A stretch of 64,000 nt of DNA from Pelagomonas calceolata (GCA_918797485.1 CAKKNE010000002.1:2666001-2730000); one strand, 5' to 3'; positions 1-10,766 are shown, counted from the stretch's first letter. The notes: generated by a model not told the origin, from the sequence alone. Made by a program: numbers and translations.

Positions 1-1334
1 GGCGCGCCGGCGAGGGCGTGGAAAACGTGGCCCAGTTCATGTAATAATGTTTCGACCTCGCGGAAGCGTAATCTTCCATTCGCGTCGCCCATGTTGCCGA
101 GCACGGCGCAACAATTCGGCGCGCCGTTCACAAGTGCCGGCCGCAGGGGCACGACCATCTGATGGCCGAACTTGCCGTCCCTCGACTTGAGGTCTAAAGC
201 CACGTGGCCCACTATGATATCGTCCTTTGCGACCTCATATAATTCGCAGTCGTCGTGCCAGAGTTGTGCGTCGTCGAGCGGGCCGCGCACCGTAAATCCA
301 AATAAGTCCTCGCCCAAGGCTTTGATCGTCGCGGGGACCACTTCAGACGCGGGAAAGTGGGGCTTGAGCGCCTCCTCGTCGATGCCTTTCGATTCTCGGA
401 TCTGTCGACCGAAATACGCCGTGTCCCACGGGTCCAGGGCGTCGGCGCCGGGCGTCTCGCTCCTTTTCAACGCGAGGAGCGACGCGTAGTCCTCGTCGCG
501 CTTCGGCTTCAGGCGCGTGACGACGCGATCCAGGAAGGCGTTCACCTCGTCCGGCGACGAGGCCATGTTGCCCTTTAGCGTCCCTTCGGCGTGGCTCGCG
601 AAGCCCAGGAGTCCCGCTATCTGGGCGCGCAGCGCTACGACCCTATTCAGGCGCCGCGCGTTCTCCGGGCAGCGCGAGGTTCCTGCAATATAAGCCTTGC
701 GCCGCGCCGCGGGGTCCCGCGCGTGCTGCAATACGGGCGTGAGGGTGGGGGCTTTGAGTGATACGAGCAATTTGTCGCCGTCTCCGACGGGAAGGGCGTC
801 CACCAGGGCCGCGGGCACGCCCTCGAGCTCGTCGCGCGTCAGTGCGACAGTAGATGAGTCGCCGTTGATCTCTTGTTCCATGGCGGCGCACTCGGCTCCT
901 AGCTCTAGCTTCAGCTTCGCGACTTGTTCGCGCGCAGCGGCATCGGCGAGCGCGAGGCCATTCGCCTCGAAGCGCGCAACGTGCTTATCGCGTGCGCGCG
1001 CCAGCAGAGGATCCGTCGTCTCGGACGCCTTGATGGCGTCGTAAAGAGCCTTGCGGCCGTAACAGGTTCCGAACGCATCGATAATGCTTCGTTTCGCCGC
1101 AGCACCAGCATCACGTGCCGCGGCGTCCGTCGCCACGAGCGCCGGTAAGCAAACTTCAGCGGACCCTACTGCGACGGCGTCCGTGGCACGAGTCCACGCT
1201 GCTAGTGCGTCTTGTGCATTGCCGCTTTCTATGTCAGTCGCTGCGGCCTCGAGGCCGCTCACGAGCGCTGCAGCAGTATCTCTAATCTCTGCTGCTCCAA
1301 GCCGCAGTCTGAGCTGCGTGTGCGGGCACCGCAT
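1..1334 (-). CDS. M3 family zinc oligopeptidase (thimet oligopeptidase/neurolysin-like), 3' end runs off window
   Basis: Not in the ORF track because there is no stop in the window. Manual translation from ATG 1334 (MRCPHTQLRL...) is open to position 3 and contains PWDTAYF, ALDLKSRDGKFGH and LRFREVETLLHELGHVFHAL (HExxH). Confidence 0.9.
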   Translation of the reverse strand, partial: MRCPHTQLRLRLGAAEIRDTAAALVSGLEAAATDIESGNAQDALAAWTRATDAVAVGSAEVCLPALVATDAAARDAGAAAKRSIIDAFGTCYGRKALYDAIKASETTDPLLARARDKHVARFEANGLALADAAAREQVAKLKLELGAECAAMEQEINGDSSTVALTRDELEGVPAALVDALPVGDGDKLLVSLKAPTLTPVLQHARDPAARRKAYIAGTSRCPENARRLNRVVALRAQIAGLLGFASHAEGTLKGNMASSPDEVNAFLDRVVTRLKPKRDEDYASLLALKRSETPGADALDPWDTAYFGRQIRESKGIDEEALKPHFPASEVVPATIKALGEDLFGFTVRGPLDDAQLWHDDCELYEVAKDDIIVGHVALDLKSRDGKFGHQMVVPLRPALVNGAPNCCAVLGNMGDANGRLRFREVETLLHELGHVFHALAGA

Positions 1335-1446
1335 CGCTCGGGCTGCAGTGAGGAGAATGATTGCGCGATGAATTGGGTGCAGCATGCACAGCTCACCAAT
1401 GGGCTATGCCGTGCAGAATGCCTTGCTTTGCCGCGGCACTGGCTTG

Positions 1447-1468
1447 CTAGTGTCTTACAGGACGCTAG
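1447..1468 (+). promoter_or_regulatory. CTAGTGTCTTAC-N5-GCTAG motif, copy 1
   Basis: In the divergent M3 peptidase/kanadaptin gap. Confidence 0.6.
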
Positions 1469-1563
1469 CTGCCTACCGGCGGCCCACGCACGCGCTTTGT
1501 CCGGAGGAGCGTTTGAGACTGCTCTTTGACAGCTCAAACATAGCACGACTCGCTACCGCAGCG

Positions 1564-3264
1564 ATGGCCGCCGAAAAAGCCGCCGACGGCGGCCCACCCA
1601 TACCGGACTGGGCCGCCGGCGACGCGGCGACGGAGGCGCCCTTCGTGCTCGAAGTGATCAAGGACGGCGTGCCCGTCGACGAGATACCATTGACGGCGGC
1701 GCGCTGCCTCGTGGGTCGGGCGGCCGACGCCGTGCAGGTGCCGCTCGCGCACGCGTCCATCAGTCGAGTGCACGCCTGCTTCCAGCGGTCGACGGACGGT
1801 TTGTTGTATGTGGCCGACTGCGCGTCGTCGCACGGCTCGCGGCTCAACAAAGCGCCGTTGCCAGCTCTGAAATATGTGGAAGCGCGCGACGGCGACGTGC
1901 TGCAGTTCGGGGCTTCCACGCGTATCTTCGCGTTACATAAGAGAGGACGGGAGCGCGCCGAACGAGCATTGTTAGACACGGCGACCGCGGACGCGTCCGC
2001 CACCAAACACGATGCCACAAGAAAGGTGCGCAAGATCCACACGGAGAAGGAGCAGCCTCCCGACGTTGCAGAGAAGAAGCAGGTCACGGCCGCGGATTTA
2101 CATGCGACGACCTGGGGCCAGGACGACGACGCGGCTCCCGAGAAAGACGACGAGGCGCTGCCCGACTACCTGAAGAAGGACCAGGGCTTCATGGAGTACG
2201 GGGGAGAGATCTCGTCGACGCTCAAGACCGAGGAGAAGTCTGAAAGAGACGCGAAGCTGCACGAGCGCCTCGAGACGAAGCTCCGGAAGTTGAATGCCGC
2301 GCGGTCCCACAACCAGCGTTTACTAACGAAGGAGGGCGGCCAGGCCGGGTTGTCGGACGGCCAACGGAAAGCTTTTGACTCCAATGATGAACGCATCAAG
2401 AAGTTGACCGATGAGATATCTGATTTGGAAGATACGATCCGAGGAAGAAATAAGCAAAGGGACGAGTCCCGAAGGCGGAACGAGGACGACTCCTACTTAT
2501 ACGCGAAGCAGCGGGACGAGGAGCCGGAGGAGGAGGTCATGCGCGACCTCACGACGCCGCTGGCGCGCGCGCGGACGGCCGAGGAGAAACAAGCTAGACG
2601 GAACCGGCGGTTCATGACCGCGGCGCCGGCCGCGGCGCCGCCTCCCCCTGATGAGGAAGATGGTATGACCTACGAAATGTTAAGGGAGAAGCGGGACCGC
2701 GTCGACGCGGCGTTGGTAAAACTGCGGGAAGGCCCTTCGCTCAGTACAAGGGAGGCCGGTGATGATGTCCTGGACGACTTCATGGCCGCGAACGACGAGC
2801 AGGAGGCGTCGGACGTCGCGGCGGCCGCCGCGCGTGACACGGCGGCGCTCGAGAAGGAGCGCGCGCGGCTGACCGTGCTCATGGACTTCGCGCGGCCGGC
2901 CCTCGAGGGCCTCTCGTCGTCGAAGACGCCGGCCGCCGTCGCGCCGCCACCGGAGCCCAATGCGCCGGAAGCGCCCGAACCGGAGGCCGCAGCTCCGACG
3001 CTGCCGCCGCCGAAGCCGCCGGCGCCGCCAAAACTTAAAGTGGCGGCGCCCATGGCCCCGACGCTGCCGCGCGCGCCCGACCCTGAGGACGAGGAACCCT
3101 CAAAACGCCGCAAGAAGAAGAAGCGCCGCGTCATGGGCCCGGCGCGCGGGCCCTCGTCGTCCGCCGCGACGAGCGCGCTCGAGGGCGGCGACGTGGACTG
3201 GGCGCCGCCCATGGGGCAAGACGGGAGTGGTCGGACGGCGCTGAATGACAAGTTCGGGTATTAA
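1564..3264 (+). CDS. SLC4A1AP: Kanadaptin-like FHA-domain protein
   Basis: N-terminal FHA (VGR..HASISRVHA..SSHGSRLN..FGASTR), coiled coils, and C-terminal WAPPMGQDGSGRTALNDKFGY typical of kanadaptin. Start chosen at ATG 1564. Confidence 0.8.
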   Translation: MAAEKAADGGPPIPDWAAGDAATEAPFVLEVIKDGVPVDEIPLTAARCLVGRAADAVQVPLAHASISRVHACFQRSTDGLLYVADCASSHGSRLNKAPLPALKYVEARDGDVLQFGASTRIFALHKRGRERAERALLDTATADASATKHDATRKVRKIHTEKEQPPDVAEKKQVTAADLHATTWGQDDDAAPEKDDEALPDYLKKDQGFMEYGGEISSTLKTEEKSERDAKLHERLETKLRKLNAARSHNQRLLTKEGGQAGLSDGQRKAFDSNDERIKKLTDEISDLEDTIRGRNKQRDESRRRNEDDSYLYAKQRDEEPEEEVMRDLTTPLARARTAEEKQARRNRRFMTAAPAAAPPPPDEEDGMTYEMLREKRDRVDAALVKLREGPSLSTREAGDDVLDDFMAANDEQEASDVAAAAARDTAALEKERARLTVLMDFARPALEGLSSSKTPAAVAPPPEPNAPEAPEPEAAAPTLPPPKPPAPPKLKVAAPMAPTLPRAPDPEDEEPSKRRKKKKRRVMGPARGPSSSAATSALEGGDVDWAPPMGQDGSGRTALNDKFGY

Positions 3265-3355
3265 GTTTTTGTTGTTGTACCTGTTGCAGGCGCTCCACGC
3301 CGTCGAAGCGACGTCGATATACTTTCCCCCGACACTTACACCCCGGAAAATAAGC

Positions 3356-3713
3356 CTAGGCCTTGGCCGGCACGGGCAGGCCCTCGCCGTCGGCCGTCAG
3401 CGCGTTCGAGTCCACCGCCATGCCCATGGCGTGGAGGCCGTTGTCGACGTAGAGCGTCACGCCCGTCACCGCCCTCGCTAAAGGCGAGAGCAAGAAGTAG
3501 GCCGACGACCCGACGTCGTCGGCATACAAGTCCTTGCCGAGCGGGGAGTTCGCCTTCGAGTAGTCGATCGCGAGATCGATGAAGGACTTCTTGCCCCTCT
3601 CGCTAATAGCGGAGGCGGCCCGGGACTTGAGGGGGCCCGCGGAGATGGTGTTGACGCGGATGCCGTACTTGCGACCGGCCTCCCACGCTAAAGTACGGGT
3701 ATCGCTCTCGAGG

Positions 3714-3748
<35 letters not shown>

Positions 3749-4396
3749 CGGGATGACGTCCTCGGACGCGATGTAGGTCAGGGACAACGCCGCACCGCCC
3801 TCGTTCATGATGGGGGCGCAGTGCTGCACGAGCGACACGAAGGAGTAGGCCGACGCGGAGTTGGCGCCGAGGTAGCCCCTTCTCGACGTCTCGAGGAGCG
3901 GTTTCGTCACTTCCGGACCGTTCGCCAGCGAGTGGATCATGAAGTCGATCTTGCCGTAGTCCGCCTCGATCTGCTTCGCGACTTCGGAGATCGTGTACCC
4001 ATCCAAGCCGGCGTAGCGCTTGTTGGTCTTCGTCTCCTCCGGGACATCCTCAGGGGTGTCGAAGACCGCATCGAGCGGGTAGATCTTGTCGATGTCCATG
4101 GTTCTTCCACCAGACAACTCGCGGTCGGCGTCCATCTTGCCGCCCTCGAGCGACTTCTTGAAGATGGCGAGGACCGGTGGCCAGGTGCCCACAATAATCT
4201 TGCAGCCCGCCTCGGCCAGCGACTTGGCGATGGCCCAGCCGTAGCCCGTGCTGTCGGCGACGCCCGCGACGAACGCGACCTTGCCGGAGAGGTCGCCCTC
4301 CTGGGGCGCCGCATTTAAGGAGACGCGCGCCGGTGTCCGGCGCGTCGAGGTCTGGAAGGCCGTCGCGCCGATAGCGAGGGCGAGGATGGTCCTCAT
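3356..4396 (-). CDS. fabI: Plastid enoyl-ACP reductase
   Basis: [22 protein letters not shown] and [15 protein letters not shown] motifs. Bipartite presequence [14 protein letters not shown]. Confidence 0.95.
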
Positions 4397-4660
4397 GGTG
4401 CTACAGGATGCAAGAGTCTTGGATTTGCGGCAGCGATCGCAGCGAAACGGCGACGCAGCGGTATGTATGCAGTATGTAGGTTGCAGAACAGCACTTGTGC
4501 TTGCGAAGGGTGCAAGATCAGGCACGCTTTGCTAAGCTCTTTGTCGCTTGCAATGTCATCAATCATGCCCACTTCGACGTCGTGGAATCGTCCAAACGAG
4601 CCATGCCTTGTGGTAAGGATGCCTGTGTAGACCACTACACGCGAGCAGTGAGTGGCTTCG

Positions 4661-4681
4661 CTAGCGCCTGTAAGACACTAG
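4661..4681 (-). promoter_or_regulatory. CTAGTGTCTTAC-N4-GCTAG motif, copy 2
   Basis: In the divergent fabI/NTH1 gap. Confidence 0.6.
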
Positions 4682-4947
4682 CCAGCCAAGCCCAGCTGGG
4701 AGCGCCAAGCTGGCAGTGTGCGCTTCGCTGTAGCTGCTGGTGCTGCTAGTGGATCACTGTGGCCAGGCCATAGCTCGAGAAACGGAAAAACGCAGCGCTT
4801 TTAGCCTCAGAAACCAGCTTTTGGCTCGGAGAGCATCTGCTCGGAGAGCAGGAGAGCAGCAAAAGGCTGCAAAAAATCACCAAAACGATCACCCTCACGC
4901 GACGCGCGAGCGTGCTCGCGCTCTGCGCCGTCCGGAGCACGTCGCTG

Positions 4948-5854
4948 ATGGCGCCGAAGAAGCGCCCGCCGCGCGCCGCGCCGCCGAGTGCGAAGCGGGC
5001 CAAGGCCACGACGCCCGTCGTCACCATGCCACCCGGCTTCAAAGACGAGTGGCGCCTCATCAAGGAACTACGCAAGGACCGGACCGCCGTCGTCGACACG
5101 ATGGGCTGCGAGCGACTCGCCGATCCGCACGCGTCGGAGAAGGATCGTAGGTACCACGTCCTCGTCTCTTTGATGCTGTCCTCCCAGACGAAGGACACCG
5201 TGAACGCGGCGGTCATGGGCGCCCTCAAAGCTCGGGGCTTATCCGTGAAACGAATCCTGGACGAGACCAGTGAGGACGAGTTCCACGAATTGATCAAGCC
5301 CGTCGGCTTCCACAACGTCAAGACGAAGAACATCCGGAAGGCGACGCAGATCCTGAGAGATCAGTACGATGAAGAGGTGCCGTCGACCATGGAGGCTTTA
5401 TTAGCTCTCCCGGGCGTCGGCCCGAAGATGGCGTTGCTGGTCCTGAAATGCGCGTTTGACATCACAGCAGGGATCTCAGTGGACACGCACGTGCATAGAA
5501 TTTCAAACCAGCTGGGCTGGACGGGCGGGACCCTGTGTGGAAATCAAAATGTCACGGCGCCCGCTCGAAGATTTCTACACAGGCGGCGCTCCAACGTTGG
5601 ACAAGGCTGCGTTCCCCTGCAAAGACCCCGAGAAGACGCGGAAAGCTCTGGAGCAGTGGGTGCCGCGCGACGACTGGGGCGACGTGAACTGGCTGCTCGT
5701 GGGGCTGGGCCAGGAGGTCCAGACGGAGAAGCCGAAGTTGCTACGGAAGGCGCTGGACTCGTCGGATCCGGCGTATGCGGTCGCGTTCCTCGGGCGAATC
5801 GGTATGGACACTGCCAAGGTCGCGAAGGCCGAGGGGCTGGAGCTCGTAACATGA
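4948..5854 (+). CDS. NTH1: Endonuclease III homologue, 2 exons (4948-5524, 5583-5854)
   Basis: LMLSSQTKD, Hh[20 protein letters not shown]. The frame change is resolved by a 58-nt GC-AG intron, giving ...GWTGGAPTL...[11 protein letters not shown]...NWLLVGLGQ. Confidence 0.9.
5525..5582 (+). mobile_element. Introner-type element forming a GC-AG intron in NTH1
   Basis: TIR CTGTGTGGAAATC (5533) / GATTTCTACACAG (5570-5582). The first 8 nt of the intron (gcgggacc) resemble the start of exon 2 (gcggcgct). Confidence 0.8.
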
Positions 5855-5903
5855 CTAGTATCTCTTAAAACAAACAACAGTTGTCGCGTCGATGGCGTCA
5901 GCA

Positions 5904-7481
5904 CTACCTCAACCGCGCGTGCCGCAGGATCGCGAGACGCGGCGCCGTCGTCGCGTGGAGGAACGGGAATTTTTTAAGATCGATCTTCAGTCCGGAAAAC
6001 GCCTCGACCGTCGCGACCACGTCAAAAGCATCGTCTTCCACAGGCAGCTCCGCGAGCCGAAAGTCGAACTCGTCGAAATCAAGCAGCCCGTCGCGCTTGT
6101 CGTAGATCCAACCCGCGTGGACCAGCTCCTCGCCGAAGCGCGAGGCGCCGGTCGTGCAAGCGAGGTCGTCGAGGTGGACCCGCGCCGGCCCCGGGAGCGC
6201 ATAGCCATAGTCGTCGTGCAAGAGGCGTAATGCCACGCCGCCGGGGTAGTTGTTTCGTGACGCGGGCGCGAAGATTATGAGAGTCGCCGCCGCGGTCGCC
6301 GCGACGACGCCGAGGACCGCTATCCTCAATACTCGCGACCTCCAGAGCCGCTCACAAGCAACGGCCGCGCAGAGGTTGAGCAGTGGCAAGGCCGGGAACA
6401 CGAAACGGAGTTCTTTATGGGGGATAAAGCTCAATAACACGACTGAAGCCAAAGCCGAGACGAACCACGGCCGACATTCTCCTTCGAGCAGCGCGCCGAC
6501 CACAGAAAGCGGCAAAGCGAAGCCCAGGGCTCGCGGCAGGGCCGACGTCGCATACCATAACGGAGGAGACGTGCCCCACGCGGCGCTCCGATCTTCCACG
6601 GGGTTGTTAAATAGCAAAACCTCGCCCTCGGGCCAGACCGTACGCCGCCACAGCTTGGAATCCACGACCACCGACAAGGCTACCGCCAGACCTACGCCGA
6701 GCATCGTGCACAACGCGCCCTTCGGTAACGGACAGCTCCTCTCGATAAAGCACCACGCCACGCCGAGCGGGAGGGCTACAGCAGCGACGTCGCACCGGAT
6801 CGACGCCACGACCGCGCCGAGGAGGCCCAGCGCCGTACCTCTGTGACCGTCCAAGGCCGCGCCATACGCCCACAATACGAGAGGCAGCGCGAGCGAGTTC
6901 GGCAGGAAGCGCGACGCGTAGAACGGGCCGTGGAACTGGACCGCGGCGAGCACGCAGAGGAGGCGCCTCGCAGTGGACCCGAAGGCTCGACCTGCGGCCC
7001 TCGAGAATCGCGCGAACGCGGCCGCGGTCACGACCGCGAGGACGAGGCGGCAGCCTACTTGTGCCGCGAGCCTCGGGGCGTTTGGTGGTGGCGCGCGCGA
7101 GCCCACGACGTACCGCAAGACGGCCGCACTCGTGCCGGGGCACGCTCTAGCTATTGGCCTCAAAAACGTAGCTACGACGCCGTAGAGGAATGCGATACCC
7201 AACGCGCCCAGGAACGTCCGCGGCACCGTCCCGGGGTAGGTGTGGTGGTCCCATTCGTCGACGTCGGGTACGAAGAGCGCGTCGTGGGCCGCTTGCGTGT
7301 TGAACGACTCCTCGACCTTCGTGAAGGGGCAGGCGAGGCAGTGCGCCACCGCTGCGCCGGCGAAGAGCAAATCCCACGCGCCTGCTTGGTGCGACGGCTG
7401 CTCTGCTTGTGAGAAGAGCTGTGACGGCTGCGGCGTTGCAGCTGGTGGGGCTTTGGCGGGGCGGCGGTTACGCAGCGGCAT
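5904..7481 (-). CDS. ALG12: Dol-P-Man alpha-1,6-mannosyltransferase (GT22)
   Basis: PFTKVEESFNTQAAHD, YPGTVPRTFLG, WPEGEVL, PHKELRF and NYPGG motifs; multiple TM segments. Confidence 0.9.
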   Translation of the reverse strand: MPLRNRRPAKAPPAATPQPSQLFSQAEQPSHQAGAWDLLFAGAAVAHCLACPFTKVEESFNTQAAHDALFVPDVDEWDHHTYPGTVPRTFLGALGIAFLYGVVATFLRPIARACPGTSAAVLRYVVGSRAPPPNAPRLAAQVGCRLVLAVVTAAAFARFSRAAGRAFGSTARRLLCVLAAVQFHGPFYASRFLPNSLALPLVLWAYGAALDGHRGTALGLLGAVVASIRCDVAAVALPLGVAWCFIERSCPLPKGALCTMLGVGLAVALSVVVDSKLWRRTVWPEGEVLLFNNPVEDRSAAWGTSPPLWYATSALPRALGFALPLSVVGALLEGECRPWFVSALASVVLLSFIPHKELRFVFPALPLLNLCAAVACERLWRSRVLRIAVLGVVAATAAATLIIFAPASRNNYPGGVALRLLHDDYGYALPGPARVHLDDLACTTGASRFGEELVHAGWIYDKRDGLLDFDEFDFRLAELPVEDDAFDVVATVEAFSGLKIDLKKFPFLHATTAPRLAILRHARLR

Positions 7482-7657
7482 CTCGTGTTTTCAGGATACT
7501 GCAGAGGAGCCCACAGCTGCCTTGAGCAATGCCACAGCGATGGCGGACGCAGTGCTTACTTAAAGCACTGTCGAGAATCGATGAGAAGTGTTCAAAAACG
7601 CAACTGAAGCACTTTCACCGGTGTGCCAGATGGCCTGGACTCCGCGAGAGATGCTAA

Positions 7658-7679
7658 CTAGCGGCCCGTAAGACACTAG
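7658..7679 (-). promoter_or_regulatory. CTAGTGTCTTAC-N5-GCTAG motif, copy 3
   Basis: In the divergent ALG12/CFAP91 gap. Confidence 0.6.
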
Positions 7680-8260
7680 GGATGCCTGCAACATGTGTGC
7701 ATCGCGCCGCCGCGGCGTGCGGCCGGGACGCCGGGCGGAGGGACAACATCATCGGAGCCGTCAGAACCCGTCGATGCTAGGGCAATCCGTCCGGGCTCCG
7801 GCGCGCGGCATGACCTGTAGCCTGAGCTTTACTCTGCAATCGGCAGAGCCAAAATAGGGGGTGAACCCGCGCGACGAAAGCCCCGCTCATGCGAGGGTTT
7901 ACCGGCCACGGGCGCGGCCCTAGAGCGACACTAGACTGCTACGAGCCGAAAGGGCAGCCAAATGGCAGCCCAATGGACCATGAGGGGCAGCCCTGCCGGG
8001 AACCTGGACCCTTGGCGTGGCCGCACGAGGGGTCCTGGCTGCCCCCGACGACACCTCGGCGCGACGAAATCAGATAGTGTAACCTAGCTACAGCTCGTAC
8101 AAAGGTAGCGCTTGTCGGCCCTGCGGCAGCTACGCTCGGCGCGGCAAGCACCCGACGCGAGGCTGCGGAACAACCAAGGCACACATAGGACCCACCGCGA
8201 GCCAGCGGAGACGAACCGAAGCGCGCTCGGGGCTGCCCCAACAACGAGCAGCTACCACCA

Positions 8261-9862
8261 ATGGCCCGCACGGAGTCGAGGGCCTTCGACGCCTACTTCG
8301 ACCCCACCTGGCACGGCGCCGGCGCGCCCCCCCGGCCCCGACCCGCGCCCTTCCACGCTGAGACGCAAGTACCCCAGGAACGGTACAAGTACTTCCAGCG
8401 GCCTTTGGTCGAGCACCTCAATCCTTTATCGACGAACGTGCTGATCGCGCCGTCCACCAAAAAGGAGGAGCTGGACGATGGCGACGCCCGCGTGAAGGAT
8501 GCGGGGACGCAGTCGACGTATCGAGAGTCCGAGGCCCAAACCGACCCTTATACGCCCGCGTATGTCGTACCGGAGGGCACGGACCCCGAGGTCCTGATGC
8601 TCGAACATTTAAAGTTCGGCGAGGGGTTGCCCGCCGGCGCGCGGGAAGTGGAGAAGATCGAGCAGGCTCGGGCTAAAAGACATTTGGAGGCCAATCTCCC
8701 GCCCGCGACGGACGAATGTTCTTTAGCTTTAAGAAGAAGGCTCCTGGAATGGCAGGAGATGAAGGAATTCAACATCAAGCAGAAGGAAATTGATGACGCG
8801 CACGCGCGAAGGTTGGGGCTGTTACGGCGCGCTTTGGACGAGAGAGATCAAGATCGAGAATTTATGCAAGAGCAGCGCGTCGATACGTTAAGGCAGAAGC
8901 GGGGCGAAGTGCGAGATCGCGCGTTGGAGTCCATCCAAGCGCAACGCATCAAGACGCTGCGGAAGCTCTCATTAGCGAGGGGAAGACTCTCGCAGAAGGA
9001 GCCGTATTCGGCACCGACGCCCGTCTCCAATCTAACAGGAAAGGATGCGCGACGTAGGAAAGCGGGCCGCGACATCATTTCCGAGTACGCGAACTACAGT
9101 TCTACGCAGTACGCGCCGATCACACGCGAGGGCACGAAGCTCGACAAGGACTCGCATATTTTCGATGTTACCAGAGTCGCGCCGCACTTGAACGGCCACG
9201 GTCTTCTGAATCAGCTCGGCGACGAGCCGCCCGCTCGATTAACCGAAACCATCGTCAAGGTGCCCATTCCCCAATCCGAACTGCCCGCGAAAACGGCGGA
9301 AGATCGGCACGCGGCGACGTTACGGCAGGACCTGGCTACATTGACATCCGTCCTGGAAGACGAGAGGAATCCTCAAGCCGCAGCCGATAGGAAGGAGGCC
9401 GCGCGGCTCGCGGCTCTGCCCGCCTGGTCGCCCTCGAAGACGCGCGTCGAGGAGAAGGACGCCACGCCGGAGAAGGAAACGACGCCGGAGGACGAGGAAC
9501 TGGCCGAGGCCCACGCGTACTTCGGGAATTTGCTCGAGAACGTGGAACAGGGGCGCCAGTCGATCCGGGAGCTGCGGGACGCGGCGACGACGCCGGCGAC
9601 GGCGGCGGAGTTGTCTGCGGATGACGACAAAGAAGCGCGGCGGCGCGCGGTGGAACGCGGGGCCGCGGACTCCATTGCCGGAGTTGTGGCCTCTTCTCTG
9701 CTCGACTACCTCTCCAAGGAATTAGTTCGGGAGGAGGAGAAGGAGGCGCTCGCTCAGCTGGCGAAGACGGCGGATATAGAAAGACGCGCGCGCGAGCAAG
9801 CCGAGACGGACCGGCGCGAGGCCGAGGAGCGCGTCAAGGCGCGGTCCGACGAGGCTAGTTAA
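8261..9862 (+). CDS. CFAP91: Cilia/flagella-associated protein 91 (MAATS1/AAT1)-like
   Basis: RYKYFQRP, TQSTYRESEAQTDPYTP, GLPAGAREVEKIE..AR.KR and LLDYLSKELVR motifs. The C-terminus looks short. Confidence 0.8.
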   Translation: MARTESRAFDAYFDPTWHGAGAPPRPRPAPFHAETQVPQERYKYFQRPLVEHLNPLSTNVLIAPSTKKEELDDGDARVKDAGTQSTYRESEAQTDPYTPAYVVPEGTDPEVLMLEHLKFGEGLPAGAREVEKIEQARAKRHLEANLPPATDECSLALRRRLLEWQEMKEFNIKQKEIDDAHARRLGLLRRALDERDQDREFMQEQRVDTLRQKRGEVRDRALESIQAQRIKTLRKLSLARGRLSQKEPYSAPTPVSNLTGKDARRRKAGRDIISEYANYSSTQYAPITREGTKLDKDSHIFDVTRVAPHLNGHGLLNQLGDEPPARLTETIVKVPIPQSELPAKTAEDRHAATLRQDLATLTSVLEDERNPQAAADRKEAARLAALPAWSPSKTRVEEKDATPEKETTPEDEELAEAHAYFGNLLENVEQGRQSIRELRDAATTPATAAELSADDDKEARRRAVERGAADSIAGVVASSLLDYLSKELVREEEKEALAQLAKTADIERRAREQAETDRREAEERVKARSDEAS

Positions 9863-9966
9863 GACAAATTCCCACATTTAGTAGTTCGGGCTCGGGCTCG
9901 GGTCCGGGTCCGAGTCCAATAAGTCCCCATGAGGACTCCAGGACATCATCGGCCGAGGACGTCCGA

Positions 9967-10371
9967 TCAATTCGCACTCGCCTTGAGCTCCGCGACGCGC
10001 GCCTCGGCGACGTCGCAGGCGGCGCGGAGCTTGTCGCGCTCCGCGAGCCGCCGGGCGAGCCAGGCGCTCCGCGTCGCGTCGGCCGGCGCGACATCTGCTG
10101 GTACTACAGAAGCGGAGCCGTCGGCCGCGTCGAGGCGCTCGAGCTCCTCCAAAACTGCCGGATCATCAACCAGTGTTGTCAAGTAGTCCCGGATCGCCGC
10201 CTCGCCGTTGCGCACCTCCCTCCGTAGTCCCTCGTCCACGTTCTCGGCGAGCGCGGGCCGCAGCTCCACGAATTCCGCGAAGACGTCGCGCGCGTTGAGG
10301 GCGCTCGCGCGCGCGGTCCACGACGCGGCGACCTTGCTGGCGAGGCGCTGGAGCTGCTCGTTTCGCTGCAT
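9967..10371 (-). CDS. Hypothetical coiled-coil protein (134 aa)
   Basis: ORF with host-like codon usage, divergent from the AI-2E gene. Confidence 0.55.
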   Translation of the reverse strand: MQRNEQLQRLASKVAASWTARASALNARDVFAEFVELRPALAENVDEGLRREVRNGEAAIRDYLTTLVDDPAVLEELERLDAADGSASVVPADVAPADATRSAWLARRLAERDKLRAACDVAEARVAELKASAN

Positions 10372-10554
10372 TTTAACTCCTGAGTCTGAGAGTTTCAAAG
10401 CAAACGCAGCGGCAAGCGAGAGTTGTGCAACGAGCGTTGGCCCACGTTTCGCACGGCTGGAAAGAATGAGTCTGCCCGTATAGCGAACTACTTGGCCTTT
10501 GTAGGCGTCGTCCAGCTCTGGAGCGCGCGCGACCGACGGCTTTTGCAGGGATGC

Positions 10555-10576
10555 CTAGTGTCTTACTGGCCGCTAG
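10555..10576 (+). promoter_or_regulatory. CTAGTGTCTTAC-N5-GCTAG motif, copy 4
   Basis: In the divergent hypothetical/AI-2E gap. Confidence 0.6.
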
Positions 10577-10766
10577 CTCCAGGTTTTTGCGGTTTTTTTA
10601 CCGTAAGCACAGCCGCTGTCTTTCGCAATCGCTTTTTGTGATCACCACTGTGCTGCAAAATTACCGCCCGGTGCACCACAAAACCCTCCCGGAGAGCTGT
10701 GCCACAGCAGAGCAGCACTACCTGGTTTTCTCCCAGCTCCAGCTGAGCAGCACTCTCGGCAGAACA

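Noticed and set aside
7860..7903. Hairpin ggtgaaccc...gggtttacc with internal gaaagcccc (RNase MRP CR-I-like)
   Set aside because: No matching CR-V partner found; a single hairpin in GC-rich DNA is weak evidence.
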